NCBI GenBank assembly: GCA_024276825.1
Contig: JAJRWI010000010.1
Span: forward strand, 128,001-192,000
Length of the DNA stretch: 64,000 bases
Direction of reading: 5' to 3'
DNA from: an archaeon
GTDB lineage: Archaea > Asgardarchaeota > Thorarchaeia > Thorarchaeales > Thorarchaeaceae
In this document: positions 48,630 to 59,104 of the stretch, piece after piece
Layout of the letters: each line of letters opens with the position of its first letter
Numbering within the stretch: the stretch's first letter is position 1
The notes under the pieces: generated by a model
Database searches by the model: none
The model's input: only the letters and a program-made list of their open reading frames with translations
What the model was told of the DNA's origin: nothing
Position numbers and translations under genes: made by a program

Positions 48630-48723
48630 AAGAGTTTCTTCTTCAATTTTTTTTTTTAATTATCAAAGGCGTATAAACGTTACTGTTCTTTGAATCCGTC
48701 TTAGCTTGATTGATCAATTGATT

Positions 48724-48875
48724 GGCTGCGCGGCCACTTGACCTAAACACAAAAGTTGACAATCTCTAACGTGAAACTTGGAGAACACAAAATGAAACCG
48801 CCGTTTTATCGTGTAATATGCCCAGTACCGTTTCCTAGAAGTACGGGACTCTGATGTCCAACTTACAATGAACGG
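48724..48875 (+). mobile_element. Third, degenerate IS607-derived miniature element (152 bp)
   Basis: GGCTGCGCG...ACAAAAGTTGACA left end and CCAGTACCGTT...GGACTCTGATGTCCAACTTACAATGAACGG right end. Confidence 0.75.
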
Positions 48876-48965
48876 TATCATCTCTCTAGCATCACAGCTC
48901 TGAAATGAGGAGCCATGTTCACAATTGATTTAAACCAAGCAGTGATTGTGTCCTTGGTCTTGGTC

Positions 48966-50009
48966 ATGGTAAAGAGAATGCATGCTGCAATGTTCCATGA
49001 TGTTGGAGATGTCAGATACGAAGAAACCGATGTTCCAGACATAGGTCCCGGCGAGTTGCTGATTAAAATAGGCACTGCATTGACATGCGGTACTGATGTG
49101 AAGACCTACAAGAGGGGCCATCCGCTACTATTGCGGCACACGCCTGCCCTTTTTGGACACGAGTACGCTGGGACTATTGAGAAAGTTGGTGAGGGTGTGA
49201 AAGGTTTCCAACTGGGCATGAGAGTTGTAGCGACAAATTCAGCCCCTTGTGGCAAATGTTTCTTTTGTAAGAGGGAAAGACCCAACTTGTGTTCCCAATT
49301 GAAATCCACGTTTGTCAATGGAGCATTTGCCGAGTATATTAGGGTGCCAAGACCAGTCGTTGAATGGAACACACATCAGATTCCTGATAACCTATCATTT
49401 AGAGATGCTGCATTGACAGAGCCTTTAGCATGTGTTATACATGGCATTGAGGAGGCAAACATCAGGCTTGGTGATACAGTCGTTGTGATTGGTGCAGGAC
49501 CCATTGGTCAAATGATGATAATGTTAGCGAAGAAGGCAGGGGCATCAACTGTTATTGTTTCAGACCTTGCAAAGCTGCGTCGGGACATGGCCAAGCGATC
49601 TGGTGCAGATGTAGTGATTGATCCCTTGGTCGAGAACCCCGTACAACGGGTCAAGGAAGAAACCTCCAGCTATGGTGCAGATGTAGTGATTGAGGCGGTT
49701 GGTCTTCCTGTCACGTGGGAACAGGCAGTAGATATGACCAGAGATGCAGGTACGACTGTGCTCTTTGGTGGTGCTGCATCAGGCACCAGATTTCAGATTG
49801 ATACCGTCAGGTTTCATTATGGGCAACTCACAATTAAGGGAGTGTTTCATCTCACTCCGAAACATGTTGAGCAGGCATTGAAACTCATCATTGCAGGCGA
49901 CATCAATCCTGACAACCTGATAACTCATGAGATGCCTCTTGAGAGGGTGGTCGATGCTTTGGAAATGATGAGTAAGGGTGAGAGTATGAAAGTCGCTATC
50001 ATCCCATAG
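48966..50009 (+). CDS. Zn-dependent alcohol/sugar/threonine dehydrogenase (MDR family)
   Basis: CGTD, GHEYAG, CGKCFFC...C, EPLAC, GAGPIG. Confidence 0.92.
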   Translation: MVKRMHAAMFHDVGDVRYEETDVPDIGPGELLIKIGTALTCGTDVKTYKRGHPLLLRHTPALFGHEYAGTIEKVGEGVKGFQLGMRVVATNSAPCGKCFFCKRERPNLCSQLKSTFVNGAFAEYIRVPRPVVEWNTHQIPDNLSFRDAALTEPLACVIHGIEEANIRLGDTVVVIGAGPIGQMMIMLAKKAGASTVIVSDLAKLRRDMAKRSGADVVIDPLVENPVQRVKEETSSYGADVVIEAVGLPVTWEQAVDMTRDAGTTVLFGGAASGTRFQIDTVRFHYGQLTIKGVFHLTPKHVEQALKLIIAGDINPDNLITHEMPLERVVDALEMMSKGESMKVAIIP

Positions 50010-50013
50010 AGTA

Positions 50014-50454
50014 TTGAGAGAAGTGAGGGGATTGATAAGGAGTAGCAAGAGGCTCAGAGATAATGAGATTGCGCTTATTGAGATGCTTACTAGTATGGAT
50101 AGAAACTATCAGAATCTTGTGATTATTGTTGAGGGAAAGAGAGATGAGAGGGTTTTAAGAGACCTCGGAGTGAGTGCCCGCATAATTAGGACACAGAGGG
50201 GCAGTAATCGATTGAGCCTGATTGAGGAGATACTTGAAGCAACTAGTCAGGTGAGCCAGATATTAATCCTGACTGACTTTGATAAAGAGGGAGCTGAACT
50301 TGCCAAATTCCTGGAGAGAGAACTTGATCATCATAAAGTCATAGTACTAAAACGTCTTCGACTTGAGATAAGGAAGAAAATGGGAAATTGGCGATGCATT
50401 GAAGAGCTTGTTGCACTTTTCAAGCGTAAAGACTCACCTGAACCTGTCAGATGA
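50014..50454 (+). CDS. Small Toprim-domain protein
   Basis: IIVEGKRD, ILTDFDKEG. Confidence 0.85.
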   Translation: MREVRGLIRSSKRLRDNEIALIEMLTSMDRNYQNLVIIVEGKRDERVLRDLGVSARIIRTQRGSNRLSLIEEILEATSQVSQILILTDFDKEGAELAKFLERELDHHKVIVLKRLRLEIRKKMGNWRCIEELVALFKRKDSPEPVR

Positions 50455-50459
50455 TATCA

Positions 50460-51530
50460 TCACACAGTGCTTCCGCAGTTGGGACAAATGAACTTGCCCT
50501 TAGGAATCTCGTGCCCGCAGACTCTACAAGTTCGGACCTTCTGAACTCTCATTGTTTCAGCCATGTCATCCTTGTGAGGCTCTAGAATGAAACGCCCATC
50601 TTCGAAGCTGATTCTGAACTGTGTTGGGTTGCCTGCCATCTCAAGCAGGTCGGTGGGCATTGGGAGTCTGTAATTATTGTCGAGGCGAATGATTCGGGTT
50701 TCGCCAAGGGTGTCAAGATCGATACCTGCCTGATGAAATCCTGATATGATGCCATCTCTGATCTCAATGGTTATGTCAGCCTTTGATGCGACCTGCTGGC
50801 TGTGTGTGACTATAAAGAATGATGTACCTAGAGTTTCATTGAGTTCTTGAAACAGATCAAGGATTCTCTCGGCGGTTTCGGGGTCGAGGTCTCCTGTGGG
50901 TTCGTCACACAAGACTACACCCTTGCCCTCGGTATCAATCAGGTTCACAAGCGCGCTTGCTATTGCCACCCTGGAACGCTCACCGCCACTGAGTGTTGTG
51001 GCTTTGCTTCGCATTCTCTCTTCAAGGCCAACGAGCCTTATGAGTCTGTCAACGCGATCCTGACGTACTTTCTTGGGAACTCCTGCAATTCGGGCTGCAA
51101 GCTCAACATTTTGCCATGCATTCAGATGTGGCAGAAGATTATTGACTTGAAAGACAAATCCAATGAAGTTTCTTCGAGCCTCTGTGAGTACTCGCTCACT
51201 CAGTTTTGTGATATCAGTACGCAGGTTTGCCCAGTAGACTTTGCCAACTGTTGCTTTGGTAATTCCTCCAATGATATTAGTAAGAGTTGTCTTTCCAGAA
51301 CCGCTGGGACCAACAACACACATTATCTTGCCCTCAAGAATCTGCAAAGACACGCCACTCAGTGCCACAGTTTCAATATCATGTGTCTTGTATATCTTGT
51401 AGACATCTTCAACGCTGATGACTATATCGTCGGGGTAATCACCATACAGGTCTAGTTCTTCAGTAGTCACCATTGGAGGCACAATTTGGAGTTTTCTGGC
51501 AGAACTTGATAAGGTTATTGGGAAAGGCAA
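50460..51530 (-). CDS. LolD/MacB-type ABC ATPase with AbrB-like and zinc-ribbon C-terminus
   Basis: GPSGSGKT, LSGGE, CDEPTGDLD, VTH; RLDNNYRLPMP; CRVCG...CPNCG. Confidence 0.88.
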   Translation of the reverse strand: MPFPITLSSSARKLQIVPPMVTTEELDLYGDYPDDIVISVEDVYKIYKTHDIETVALSGVSLQILEGKIMCVVGPSGSGKTTLTNIIGGITKATVGKVYWANLRTDITKLSERVLTEARRNFIGFVFQVNNLLPHLNAWQNVELAARIAGVPKKVRQDRVDRLIRLVGLEERMRSKATTLSGGERSRVAIASALVNLIDTEGKGVVLCDEPTGDLDPETAERILDLFQELNETLGTSFFIVTHSQQVASKADITIEIRDGIISGFHQAGIDLDTLGETRIIRLDNNYRLPMPTDLLEMAGNPTQFRISFEDGRFILEPHKDDMAETMRVQKVRTCRVCGHEIPKGKFICPNCGSTV

Positions 51531-51586
51531 CTTTTCAGGCCAAAAATGACATTAATCAGGATAATTGATTAGAGTCAGGTGTAATA

Positions 51587-52444
51587 ATGAAGATAATCGA
51601 GGTGGGCTCGAGAGGCCTGATCTTCGAGTTCGAAGACCCATACTTGATCAATGTCTATGTAATTATGTGTGAGAATAGAGTCTATATTTGTGACACTTTC
51701 TGCGGGCCCGCTTCAATGAGTAAAATCATCGAACGCGTTCGTGAAAATGGCTACAAAGACCAACAGATCAGGGTCTTCAACTCACACCATCATTATGACC
51801 ATATCTGGGGAAACTGTGCCTTTCAGGAGACAAAAATATTCAGTCATCACAAGTGCAGGGATTTGATTGAAGAAAGGGGGCAGGGAGACCTTGTGGAGTT
51901 TAATGAACATAAGAAGGGGGATGTTCGAATTGTCATGCCATCAATGACATTCTCTGAGGAGATCATCTTTCATGATGACTGTGTCAAGTTCTTTTATTCA
52001 CCGGGCCATACTGTTGATTCTGCATCCTGCATGGATATGCAAGACAGAGTTCTCTTTGTTGCAGACAATGTGGAAGCCCCAGTTCCGTACCTGTACAATG
52101 CAGACTTCGGGACTTATTTGAAAACATTAGAACGATACAATGAAACAGACTGGGACTATATGCTGTCTAGCCATGATCACCTGATGCATGATGACGTGCT
52201 CTTGCGGCAGAACATGAAATATCTAAATGATCTGCTACGATGGGATGTTTCAATCAATGAGTTCTCTGAACGGGCCATTGCAACACATGTCATGAATCTT
52301 ATAGAGATTGCTAGCGAACTCAACATTGAGTCAGACTCGATAATTAAGCATCATTATGCGAGAGTTCTGGAGTTTGTAAGAGCTGATGAGATGAGGGCAG
52401 TTCCTGACCAACTTGTTGCCAAGTTGAGCCAGTTGTTGAACTGA
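51587..52444 (+). CDS. Metallo-beta-lactamase-fold hydrolase
   Basis: NSHHHYDHIWGN, PGHTVDS, AD, SH. Confidence 0.88.
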   Translation: MKIIEVGSRGLIFEFEDPYLINVYVIMCENRVYICDTFCGPASMSKIIERVRENGYKDQQIRVFNSHHHYDHIWGNCAFQETKIFSHHKCRDLIEERGQGDLVEFNEHKKGDVRIVMPSMTFSEEIIFHDDCVKFFYSPGHTVDSASCMDMQDRVLFVADNVEAPVPYLYNADFGTYLKTLERYNETDWDYMLSSHDHLMHDDVLLRQNMKYLNDLLRWDVSINEFSERAIATHVMNLIEIASELNIESDSIIKHHYARVLEFVRADEMRAVPDQLVAKLSQLLN

Positions 52445-52448
52445 GGTC

Positions 52449-55355
52449 TTAGAGATTTCTCAACGCAGTCGCAGGGTTGATTGAACCAGCCCTCACAGCA
52501 GGCAAATAACAACTTGCAATCATCACAATGCCCTCAAGGATGATGAGAATGAACATCGTGGTGAGAGGCATGTAGAACACTTCTGTCAGCACGGGTGAGA
52601 ATGGTGAGATTCCAAAGGTGAGAATGCTCATAGAGTATCCAAAGGCTACACCGAGAAGCAAACTTATCCCAATGGCCGCCACGACAATTCCTGCAAACTC
52701 GCCAAATACCATGGATATCACTTGTTTCTTCGTACCGCCAATTGCCCTGAAGATTGCATACTCTGTCTGCCGTTCAAGAACTGCAGAACCCAGAAACAGA
52801 GCCAGAGCCAATAGACCCATCACGGTGCACATGACAAAGGAGATGATTGTGAGTCCCTGAATACCGGAGAGAAATAGATGAATGGCATAAGACTGTGTTG
52901 CAAGATCAAATGTGTCAGCAGTGTAAACTGTTACGCTTCGTTGTGTTTCAAGAGACTCTATCACTGGATTGAGATCAACAAATGACACAGTCTTTACTAG
53001 AAATAGATCGGCGGTTTCAATCTGGGTCACACTCATGAGAAAGTCAAGGTTGACCAATGCAAAACCACTAAGGCCTGCCTGAAATCCGAACTGAGATGCA
53101 AATGATGCTCCTGCAATGTCTTTTGTTGAGGCGACTCCAAAACCAGGGGCGCTTTTCATGACTCCAACAATCTCAAAGGTTCCCAGGCGAGACCCATTTG
53201 CTGTCCCGTAATAGACATTGATCTGCTCGCCAATTGAAATATTCCAGAGTGTGGAGAAATAATCGCTGATAAGAATACCATTGCTCTTGTTTTGAAGAGC
53301 AGTCAATACCTGTTCAGGTGTACCACTCACAAAAGACTCGGGTCTGAAATCACCAATGTCTAAATAACTTGACGGGTCAACCCCTTCCAGAAAGAAAGAC
53401 TCCGACCCCACTTGAGCCCAGGTTTCAATCACGGGGGTGGCCTTGAGTATTCCAGGATACTTCAGAAGGGTCTTGTTGAAGTCAAGAGGCCGGGCATCAC
53501 ATTCTATTCTCATATCTGCACCAATAGCATAGCGAAGTTCATTGTTGAGTGTGGCCTCATAACTTGATGTCTGAATCAACATCATTGTTGTGGTTGTGAG
53601 TGTCAGTGTCAATATCACAAGCAGAGGAATAAACTGCCCCTTCCTCTTCTTAAGACTCTGGCTCAGATAAAGGCTCTTTTCGCCAATGATGAAGTTCGTG
53701 CCTCTTGAGAGACGAGAAGTGACACGACGCATTACGCGTGAACCAAGATATGAAGCGATAAACAATATCAAGGTTGCAATTAGTATCTCAATTATTGCAA
53801 AGAATCCCAAGGGAAGGATGACTTTGGGCAATATGAGAAGGAAGCTCAGGATAATGGCCAGTCCCACAACATATCCAATGACTCCTGTTTCCTCGGCACC
53901 AGAGTCTTGATATGCAGTCATCGGTTGACCGACCTCTGACACATCAATTTGCCTAGCAACATGGAGAAGATAGGCTGCTGGGAGATACATTGCTATCGCT
54001 GCAGCAATGACTATTGACAGAGGAGGAATTGACAAATGGGCCAAATACTGGAGATAGTCATTAATGTTGAACAAGAATATGCCCCTAGTGGCACCGATCA
54101 TTGGTGCCATTATCAATGCCAAAAACAGGCCCACAATGAAGCCAAGAAGTCCAAGTATTAGCGATTCCCACATGAATGTGGCAAATATTTGATTGAAAGA
54201 TGCTCCCTTTGACCTGAGTGATGAGATTTCCCCCTTTCTTCTAAGAACCGATGTTTCAGACGTAAAGACTGTCAGCATAAGGCTCATTATTAGAACAGGA
54301 AACACAATGATTGTTAGAATCTGACTGTTCAGATATGTCTGAACACTGGCTTCGAGGCTCCAGATGTCTTCAACTCCTTGAATTATGAACTTGGGATACT
54401 GCTCCTCCATCTGCGCTTTGAACGCCAACAGGTTCTGTCCAATGTATCGAGAGCCAGCATCAATCAATGCATCTTTTGAGGCTCGAATGAATACTGCTGA
54501 ATTGAAGTAGCCCCGAGTTCTGATCTCCGCCACATTCTCAGAACCCATATCATCCACAAGAAGCATTACAGAGTCCTCAATGCCGAGAACAGGGGTGGGA
54601 TAATCAAAGGGGTCCCAGTTCTTCCTTGACATGGATGGAAAGCCCTGACCAATCTTGCTCCTAAGATCATTGATCTGATAGATTCCTGCAATTGTTAGGT
54701 TTTTCAGGCGGGTTGCTTTTGTTGAACTGGGAGTTCCTTCAACAGTAGACCGTGGTTTATGCATCAGAACATCCAGATCAATGACTGAGCCCACATTCAA
54801 GACAACATGATGTACCTCTTGGGTAGATTCAATAAAACTTCTTGAAACGAGAACTTGGCCTGTTTTTAGGGAGAAGTTGCCCTCATATGTGAACTCATGA
54901 GACCAGTTCCCAAGGATAGTGGGGGTGACGAATATAACGCGTCCATCCTTTATTCCCTTTGCATAGTTCAAATCATTGATGTCATACTGTGTCCAATTAT
55001 CTATTTCATTGCCCATCAGTATCCCGACGGTTGACGTGACCTCATCCAGATATTCAACAAATGGGTGTTCATTGATTGTTGTGAGTAGATTATCATATTC
55101 TGCTTGGGTATATAGAGCATCTGGCTTGGGAATCAGGGACATTTGATACAAAGAGTCTGTGAAGTACTGATCAATAACCAATTCGCTACCTGTATTGGAC
55201 CAGACAAAGACTGTTGTGGGCAATGCAACACTTATTGCCAGTACAAGCATTATTCCAAGATTTCGCGTGGGATAGTTCTTTATCGATGTTAATGCATAGG
55301 CCAATGCCCACCAAGGGTTGCCCTTGAGTATCTTTGCGTCTTTCTTGGTCATCAT
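52449..55355 (-). CDS. FtsX/MacB-like ABC permease (duplicated)
   Basis: RRKGEISSLRSKGAS, YAIGADMR, ERQTEYAIFRAIG, PATALR. Confidence 0.9.
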   Translation of the reverse strand: MMTKKDAKILKGNPWWALAYALTSIKNYPTRNLGIMLVLAISVALPTTVFVWSNTGSELVIDQYFTDSLYQMSLIPKPDALYTQAEYDNLLTTINEHPFVEYLDEVTSTVGILMGNEIDNWTQYDINDLNYAKGIKDGRVIFVTPTILGNWSHEFTYEGNFSLKTGQVLVSRSFIESTQEVHHVVLNVGSVIDLDVLMHKPRSTVEGTPSSTKATRLKNLTIAGIYQINDLRSKIGQGFPSMSRKNWDPFDYPTPVLGIEDSVMLLVDDMGSENVAEIRTRGYFNSAVFIRASKDALIDAGSRYIGQNLLAFKAQMEEQYPKFIIQGVEDIWSLEASVQTYLNSQILTIIVFPVLIMSLMLTVFTSETSVLRRKGEISSLRSKGASFNQIFATFMWESLILGLLGFIVGLFLALIMAPMIGATRGIFLFNINDYLQYLAHLSIPPLSIVIAAAIAMYLPAAYLLHVARQIDVSEVGQPMTAYQDSGAEETGVIGYVVGLAIILSFLLILPKVILPLGFFAIIEILIATLILFIASYLGSRVMRRVTSRLSRGTNFIIGEKSLYLSQSLKKRKGQFIPLLVILTLTLTTTTMMLIQTSSYEATLNNELRYAIGADMRIECDARPLDFNKTLLKYPGILKATPVIETWAQVGSESFFLEGVDPSSYLDIGDFRPESFVSGTPEQVLTALQNKSNGILISDYFSTLWNISIGEQINVYYGTANGSRLGTFEIVGVMKSAPGFGVASTKDIAGASFASQFGFQAGLSGFALVNLDFLMSVTQIETADLFLVKTVSFVDLNPVIESLETQRSVTVYTADTFDLATQSYAIHLFLSGIQGLTIISFVMCTVMGLLALALFLGSAVLERQTEYAIFRAIGGTKKQVISMVFGEFAGIVVAAIGISLLLGVAFGYSMSILTFGISPFSPVLTEVFYMPLTTMFILIILEGIVMIASCYLPAVRAGSINPATALRNL

Positions 55356-55362
55356 TATTACC

Positions 55363-58269
55363 TCACAGATTTCTCAGGACTATCGCAGGATCGGTCTTTG
55401 ATGCTGTTCTTGCTGGGAAATAAGTCCCGAGTATCATGGCAAACACTTCAATCAGCAGAATTGTTGTGAGAAATCCAATTGGAAAGGATATTGCGGCTGG
55501 GAGTGTTCTTGCAAATGGACTCATCGAGAAAATAACCACACTCATTAAGAACCCAAACAGGGTTCCAAGGACTAGGCTTAGAGTGAGTGATGCAAATACA
55601 ATGCCTGAGAATTCAGACATCACGAGTCTGACTAATTGCTTCTTTGAACTGCCAACGGCCCTGAGGATTGCATAGTCGCGTTTTCTTTCAGCAACAATCG
55701 AACCCAAGAATAGTGTCAGAGCAAACATGCTAAGAATAAGAGACATTGCAAAGCCTATAGAGAAGAGCCCTTCGACCGTGCTTAGAAAGAGCGCGGTCCC
55801 AAATGAGAATCCGCTTAGATTAAATGATTCAGGAGTCACTGCGGACACCCCAGGGATGTCGCGAAGTGCTCTGAGAATAAGTTCGTGATCGGTCACGCAC
55901 ACAAGGTCTGCAAAGAACAATCTAGCAGTGGTTATGTCAGTCTGGGCGGAAATAAAGTCCAAGTTTGCAATTGCAAACCCCGAGTATTTGGCCTGGAATC
56001 CAAAGGCAGGACCAAGCATTGAGGGAGGAATATCATCAGCAGATGCATAGCCGAAGCCAGGTGCACTGTACACTAGGCCAACAATCTCAAAGGACACTAC
56101 AACCGAAGAGAAGCGACCACCAACAACAAGATTGAGTGTATCGCCCACAGTTTTATTCAAGCGTGCTGCATGGGTCGCACTGATGAGAATGCCGTTCTCA
56201 ACAGAGTCGAGTCTTGAGAGAACAAATGATGAGTCTTCGCCATAGAAGCTTGTCGTGTCAAAATTGCCAATTAATGAGTATTCTATCACATCAGTAGCAA
56301 CAAGAGTCAGTCGTTCAGTACCGACTTGAGCCCAAGTCTGTATAGCTGGTACAGCTCTGTTAATTCCAGGATAGCTCTCTAGTGTATCATTAAATGAGAA
56401 TGGTTTGGGTTGCCCACCCACGCGAAGATCAGCCCCGATTGCATATCGAATCTCTTTGTTAAGGTCAGCCTGATAGCTTTGAGCCTGAACCGTGAAAGCA
56501 ATAGTAGAGGAAAGGGTCAGAGACAGCACCACCATTAGTGGAACGATTCGCCCCTTACGCATCCTGAGATTTCCAGCGGCAATTAGGTTCTTCTCACCAA
56601 GAATGAATGACAGCCGACTTGTGAGTTTAGAGAACCCAACTCTCACAACACGTGAGCCATTATAAGCAAAGAAGAACCAAGAGGCAGTCCCAAAGACTAG
56701 TTCGAATATCATCAGAATGGGGTCACTTGGCAAGAAAATAACAGCGCCCAGAACCATCGAGAAGAGAACAAGGCTAGCACCAATTGTGAATCCATACGCT
56801 TGACCACCCATGGTCACAGGATCCGAGGTTTCCATGAGTGTAGAGCCAATCTCGGTTCTGGCCGCACGCCGCGCAGAGTTGAGAATGAAGAGGAGGGGGG
56901 GCATAATACAGAGCAAAATGCTTGCAACAATGGTTGATGGTTTCAACACTGTATTCTCGAGATAGAATGAGTAGGTTTCCCAATTGAAGATCATGAATGA
57001 CTCCGCTGAGGGTATGAGTGCGGCAAACATTATGCTAAGGAACAGGCCCAGAATCAGACTAATAACTGCCATGAACAGGGACTCTGAGAAGAATATCGCA
57101 TATATCTGAGTCGAACTTGCGCCCTTCGACCTCAGAGCGCTTACTTCGGTCTTTCTTGCAGCCATGAATGTGTCAGCTGCAAATACTGATAGGAATAATG
57201 CAAGAATGAAAATTGGCAAGTTTAACAGGGCAAGGGGCATGGTCGAAACATATGTGTCGATAAGACTCTGCAAATAGAGTATTTCATTCAGCCCATCAAC
57301 TGTCACATCATATTTCTCTTCTATTCGGGCTTTCAATGTGAGAAGGTTGTCAGATATTTTATCAACACCCAGACTGATCAGGGCAGATGATGAAGCACGT
57401 ATAAATGAACGTGCGCCAAAAAAGCCCACTTGAGGCAGCTGTGAGAGATCAAGACCCTTGGACAGGACCATGACACTGTCCCTGATGCCCAAAACAGGAG
57501 TGTCAAAATTCACGAAGTCATAGTTTGAACGAAGTCTTGAGGGGAATGCCGACTCAATGAGCGAGCTGTATTCAGCCAGATCATAGATACCAACAACCCT
57601 CAATGAGTTCAGACTGTGGCGGCCCATATTTCCAATCTGTCCAGTGACGCTGGTTGGACGGCGCATTAATAACTCAATGTCAATGGTTGAGTTTATTGTC
57701 ACAGTAAGCCCAAAGACTTCATGATAGAGTTCAACAAATTGGGATGACACGAGAACCTGTCCTGTTTCAAGTTGAAATGAACCAGTGACCTCAAACTCGG
57801 GCTGAATGACTTTGAGAAACTCATTATTCACAAATACTACTTCGCAGTCCTTTAGTCCGTCAGTATAAATGGGCTCATCAAGACCGTATATAGTCTCATC
57901 AGGGAGGCTTGTGCCTGCAACAAGCCCAACAGTTGAGTTTACCCGATAGACACTTTCAATGAACTCAACATCAGCGGCATAGTTATGGGCCAAGTCCACT
58001 TGAGAAGTCCCACCAGGCGGATTCATTATTAACATCTGAAAGGCATTAGTTTCAAAATAGCCATCTACACTGACCTGAACTCCAGTGTCAGCCCAGATGA
58101 AGACTGAAGAAATCAAAGCCACACCAAGGCTGAGGGTGAGTGCCAGACTCAGAGCTCTGAAGGGGTATGACTTCATAGAACTCAAAGAGTATGAAAAGGC
58201 ATAGAGCTTGTTACCCTTTGTGAACTCCTTCACAGGACGCCCCCGTTTGCCCAAGCGCTCACCCCTCAA
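55363..58269 (-). CDS. FtsX/MacB-like ABC permease (duplicated), paralog
   Basis: RKTEVSALRSKGAS, YAIGADLR, ERKRDYAILRAVG, DPAIVLR. Confidence 0.9.
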   Translation of the reverse strand: MRGERLGKRGRPVKEFTKGNKLYAFSYSLSSMKSYPFRALSLALTLSLGVALISSVFIWADTGVQVSVDGYFETNAFQMLIMNPPGGTSQVDLAHNYAADVEFIESVYRVNSTVGLVAGTSLPDETIYGLDEPIYTDGLKDCEVVFVNNEFLKVIQPEFEVTGSFQLETGQVLVSSQFVELYHEVFGLTVTINSTIDIELLMRRPTSVTGQIGNMGRHSLNSLRVVGIYDLAEYSSLIESAFPSRLRSNYDFVNFDTPVLGIRDSVMVLSKGLDLSQLPQVGFFGARSFIRASSSALISLGVDKISDNLLTLKARIEEKYDVTVDGLNEILYLQSLIDTYVSTMPLALLNLPIFILALFLSVFAADTFMAARKTEVSALRSKGASSTQIYAIFFSESLFMAVISLILGLFLSIMFAALIPSAESFMIFNWETYSFYLENTVLKPSTIVASILLCIMPPLLFILNSARRAARTEIGSTLMETSDPVTMGGQAYGFTIGASLVLFSMVLGAVIFLPSDPILMIFELVFGTASWFFFAYNGSRVVRVGFSKLTSRLSFILGEKNLIAAGNLRMRKGRIVPLMVVLSLTLSSTIAFTVQAQSYQADLNKEIRYAIGADLRVGGQPKPFSFNDTLESYPGINRAVPAIQTWAQVGTERLTLVATDVIEYSLIGNFDTTSFYGEDSSFVLSRLDSVENGILISATHAARLNKTVGDTLNLVVGGRFSSVVVSFEIVGLVYSAPGFGYASADDIPPSMLGPAFGFQAKYSGFAIANLDFISAQTDITTARLFFADLVCVTDHELILRALRDIPGVSAVTPESFNLSGFSFGTALFLSTVEGLFSIGFAMSLILSMFALTLFLGSIVAERKRDYAILRAVGSSKKQLVRLVMSEFSGIVFASLTLSLVLGTLFGFLMSVVIFSMSPFARTLPAAISFPIGFLTTILLIEVFAMILGTYFPARTASKTDPAIVLRNL

Positions 58270-59095
58270 TGGAGAGATTATCGTCCTGAGATTCTCGAGT
58301 CACATCAACACCGCTAGGTTTGAAGAATGCACTTACAAGCTCTTCCACCAGTACACCGTCGCGTAGTAAAAGAATCCTGTCGGCCATCCTTGCCACTTCA
58401 GGATCATGTGTGACGACAAGGACAGCTCTGTTCTCCTTCTTTGCAAGATCCTTCATCAGGGCAATGATCTCGCCACCAGTCTTGTGATCGAGGTCTCCTG
58501 TCGGCTCATCACATAGGAGTACTGCAGGGTCGTTTGCCAGAGCTCGTGCCAAAGCCACTCGCGAACGCATTCCACCTGAGAGTTCATGAGGCATATGGTG
58601 AGCGCGATGGTCAACACCCACTGCTTCAAGTAACCTCATGGCACGCTTATATCGTTCTTCGGCTCGCACCTCATCAAGGAGCATTGGTACCTGTACATTC
58701 TCAAGAGCTGTGAAGATTGGAAGCAGATGCTGATCTTGAAATAGAACACCAATCTTATGACGCCTCATCTCAGAGAGCTCATCATCATCAAGTTTGGTGA
58801 TCTCCACACCATCAACAAATATTGTTCCACTAGTTGGTTTGTCAAGACCTCCAATCAGGTTCAGCAGGGTGGTCTTGCCACTTCCAGAAGCGCCCACAAT
58901 TGCGACAAAGTCGCCCTTACGTACAGTGAGGTTTGTACCTCTAAGGACTTTGATCACTCGTAAGCCATCCTGAAACTCACGGTGCACATCAATACATTGG
59001 ACTGCAATATCATTTTCACTGTTCAAGGCGCTTTCTCCAATACATCGGCTCCAAAGTCTAATTAAAAAGGTTAACACTTTCAGCAAATAACGCAC
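58259..59095 (-). CDS. LolD/MacB-type ABC ATPase (start probably ~59025)
   Basis: GASGSGKT, LSGG, CDEPTGDLD, VTHD. Confidence 0.92.
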   Translation of the reverse strand: MRYLLKVLTFLIRLWSRCIGESALNSENDIAVQCIDVHREFQDGLRVIKVLRGTNLTVRKGDFVAIVGASGSGKTTLLNLIGGLDKPTSGTIFVDGVEITKLDDDELSEMRRHKIGVLFQDQHLLPIFTALENVQVPMLLDEVRAEERYKRAMRLLEAVGVDHRAHHMPHELSGGMRSRVALARALANDPAVLLCDEPTGDLDHKTGGEIIALMKDLAKKENRAVLVVTHDPEVARMADRILLLRDGVLVEELVSAFFKPSGVDVTRESQDDNLSIEG

Positions 59096-59104
59096 TGTTT
59101 CAAT

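Noticed and set aside
42171-50000. Integrative element or provirus at tRNA-His
   Set aside because: No duplicate of the tRNA 3' end, tyrosine integrase or viral genes were found by eye.
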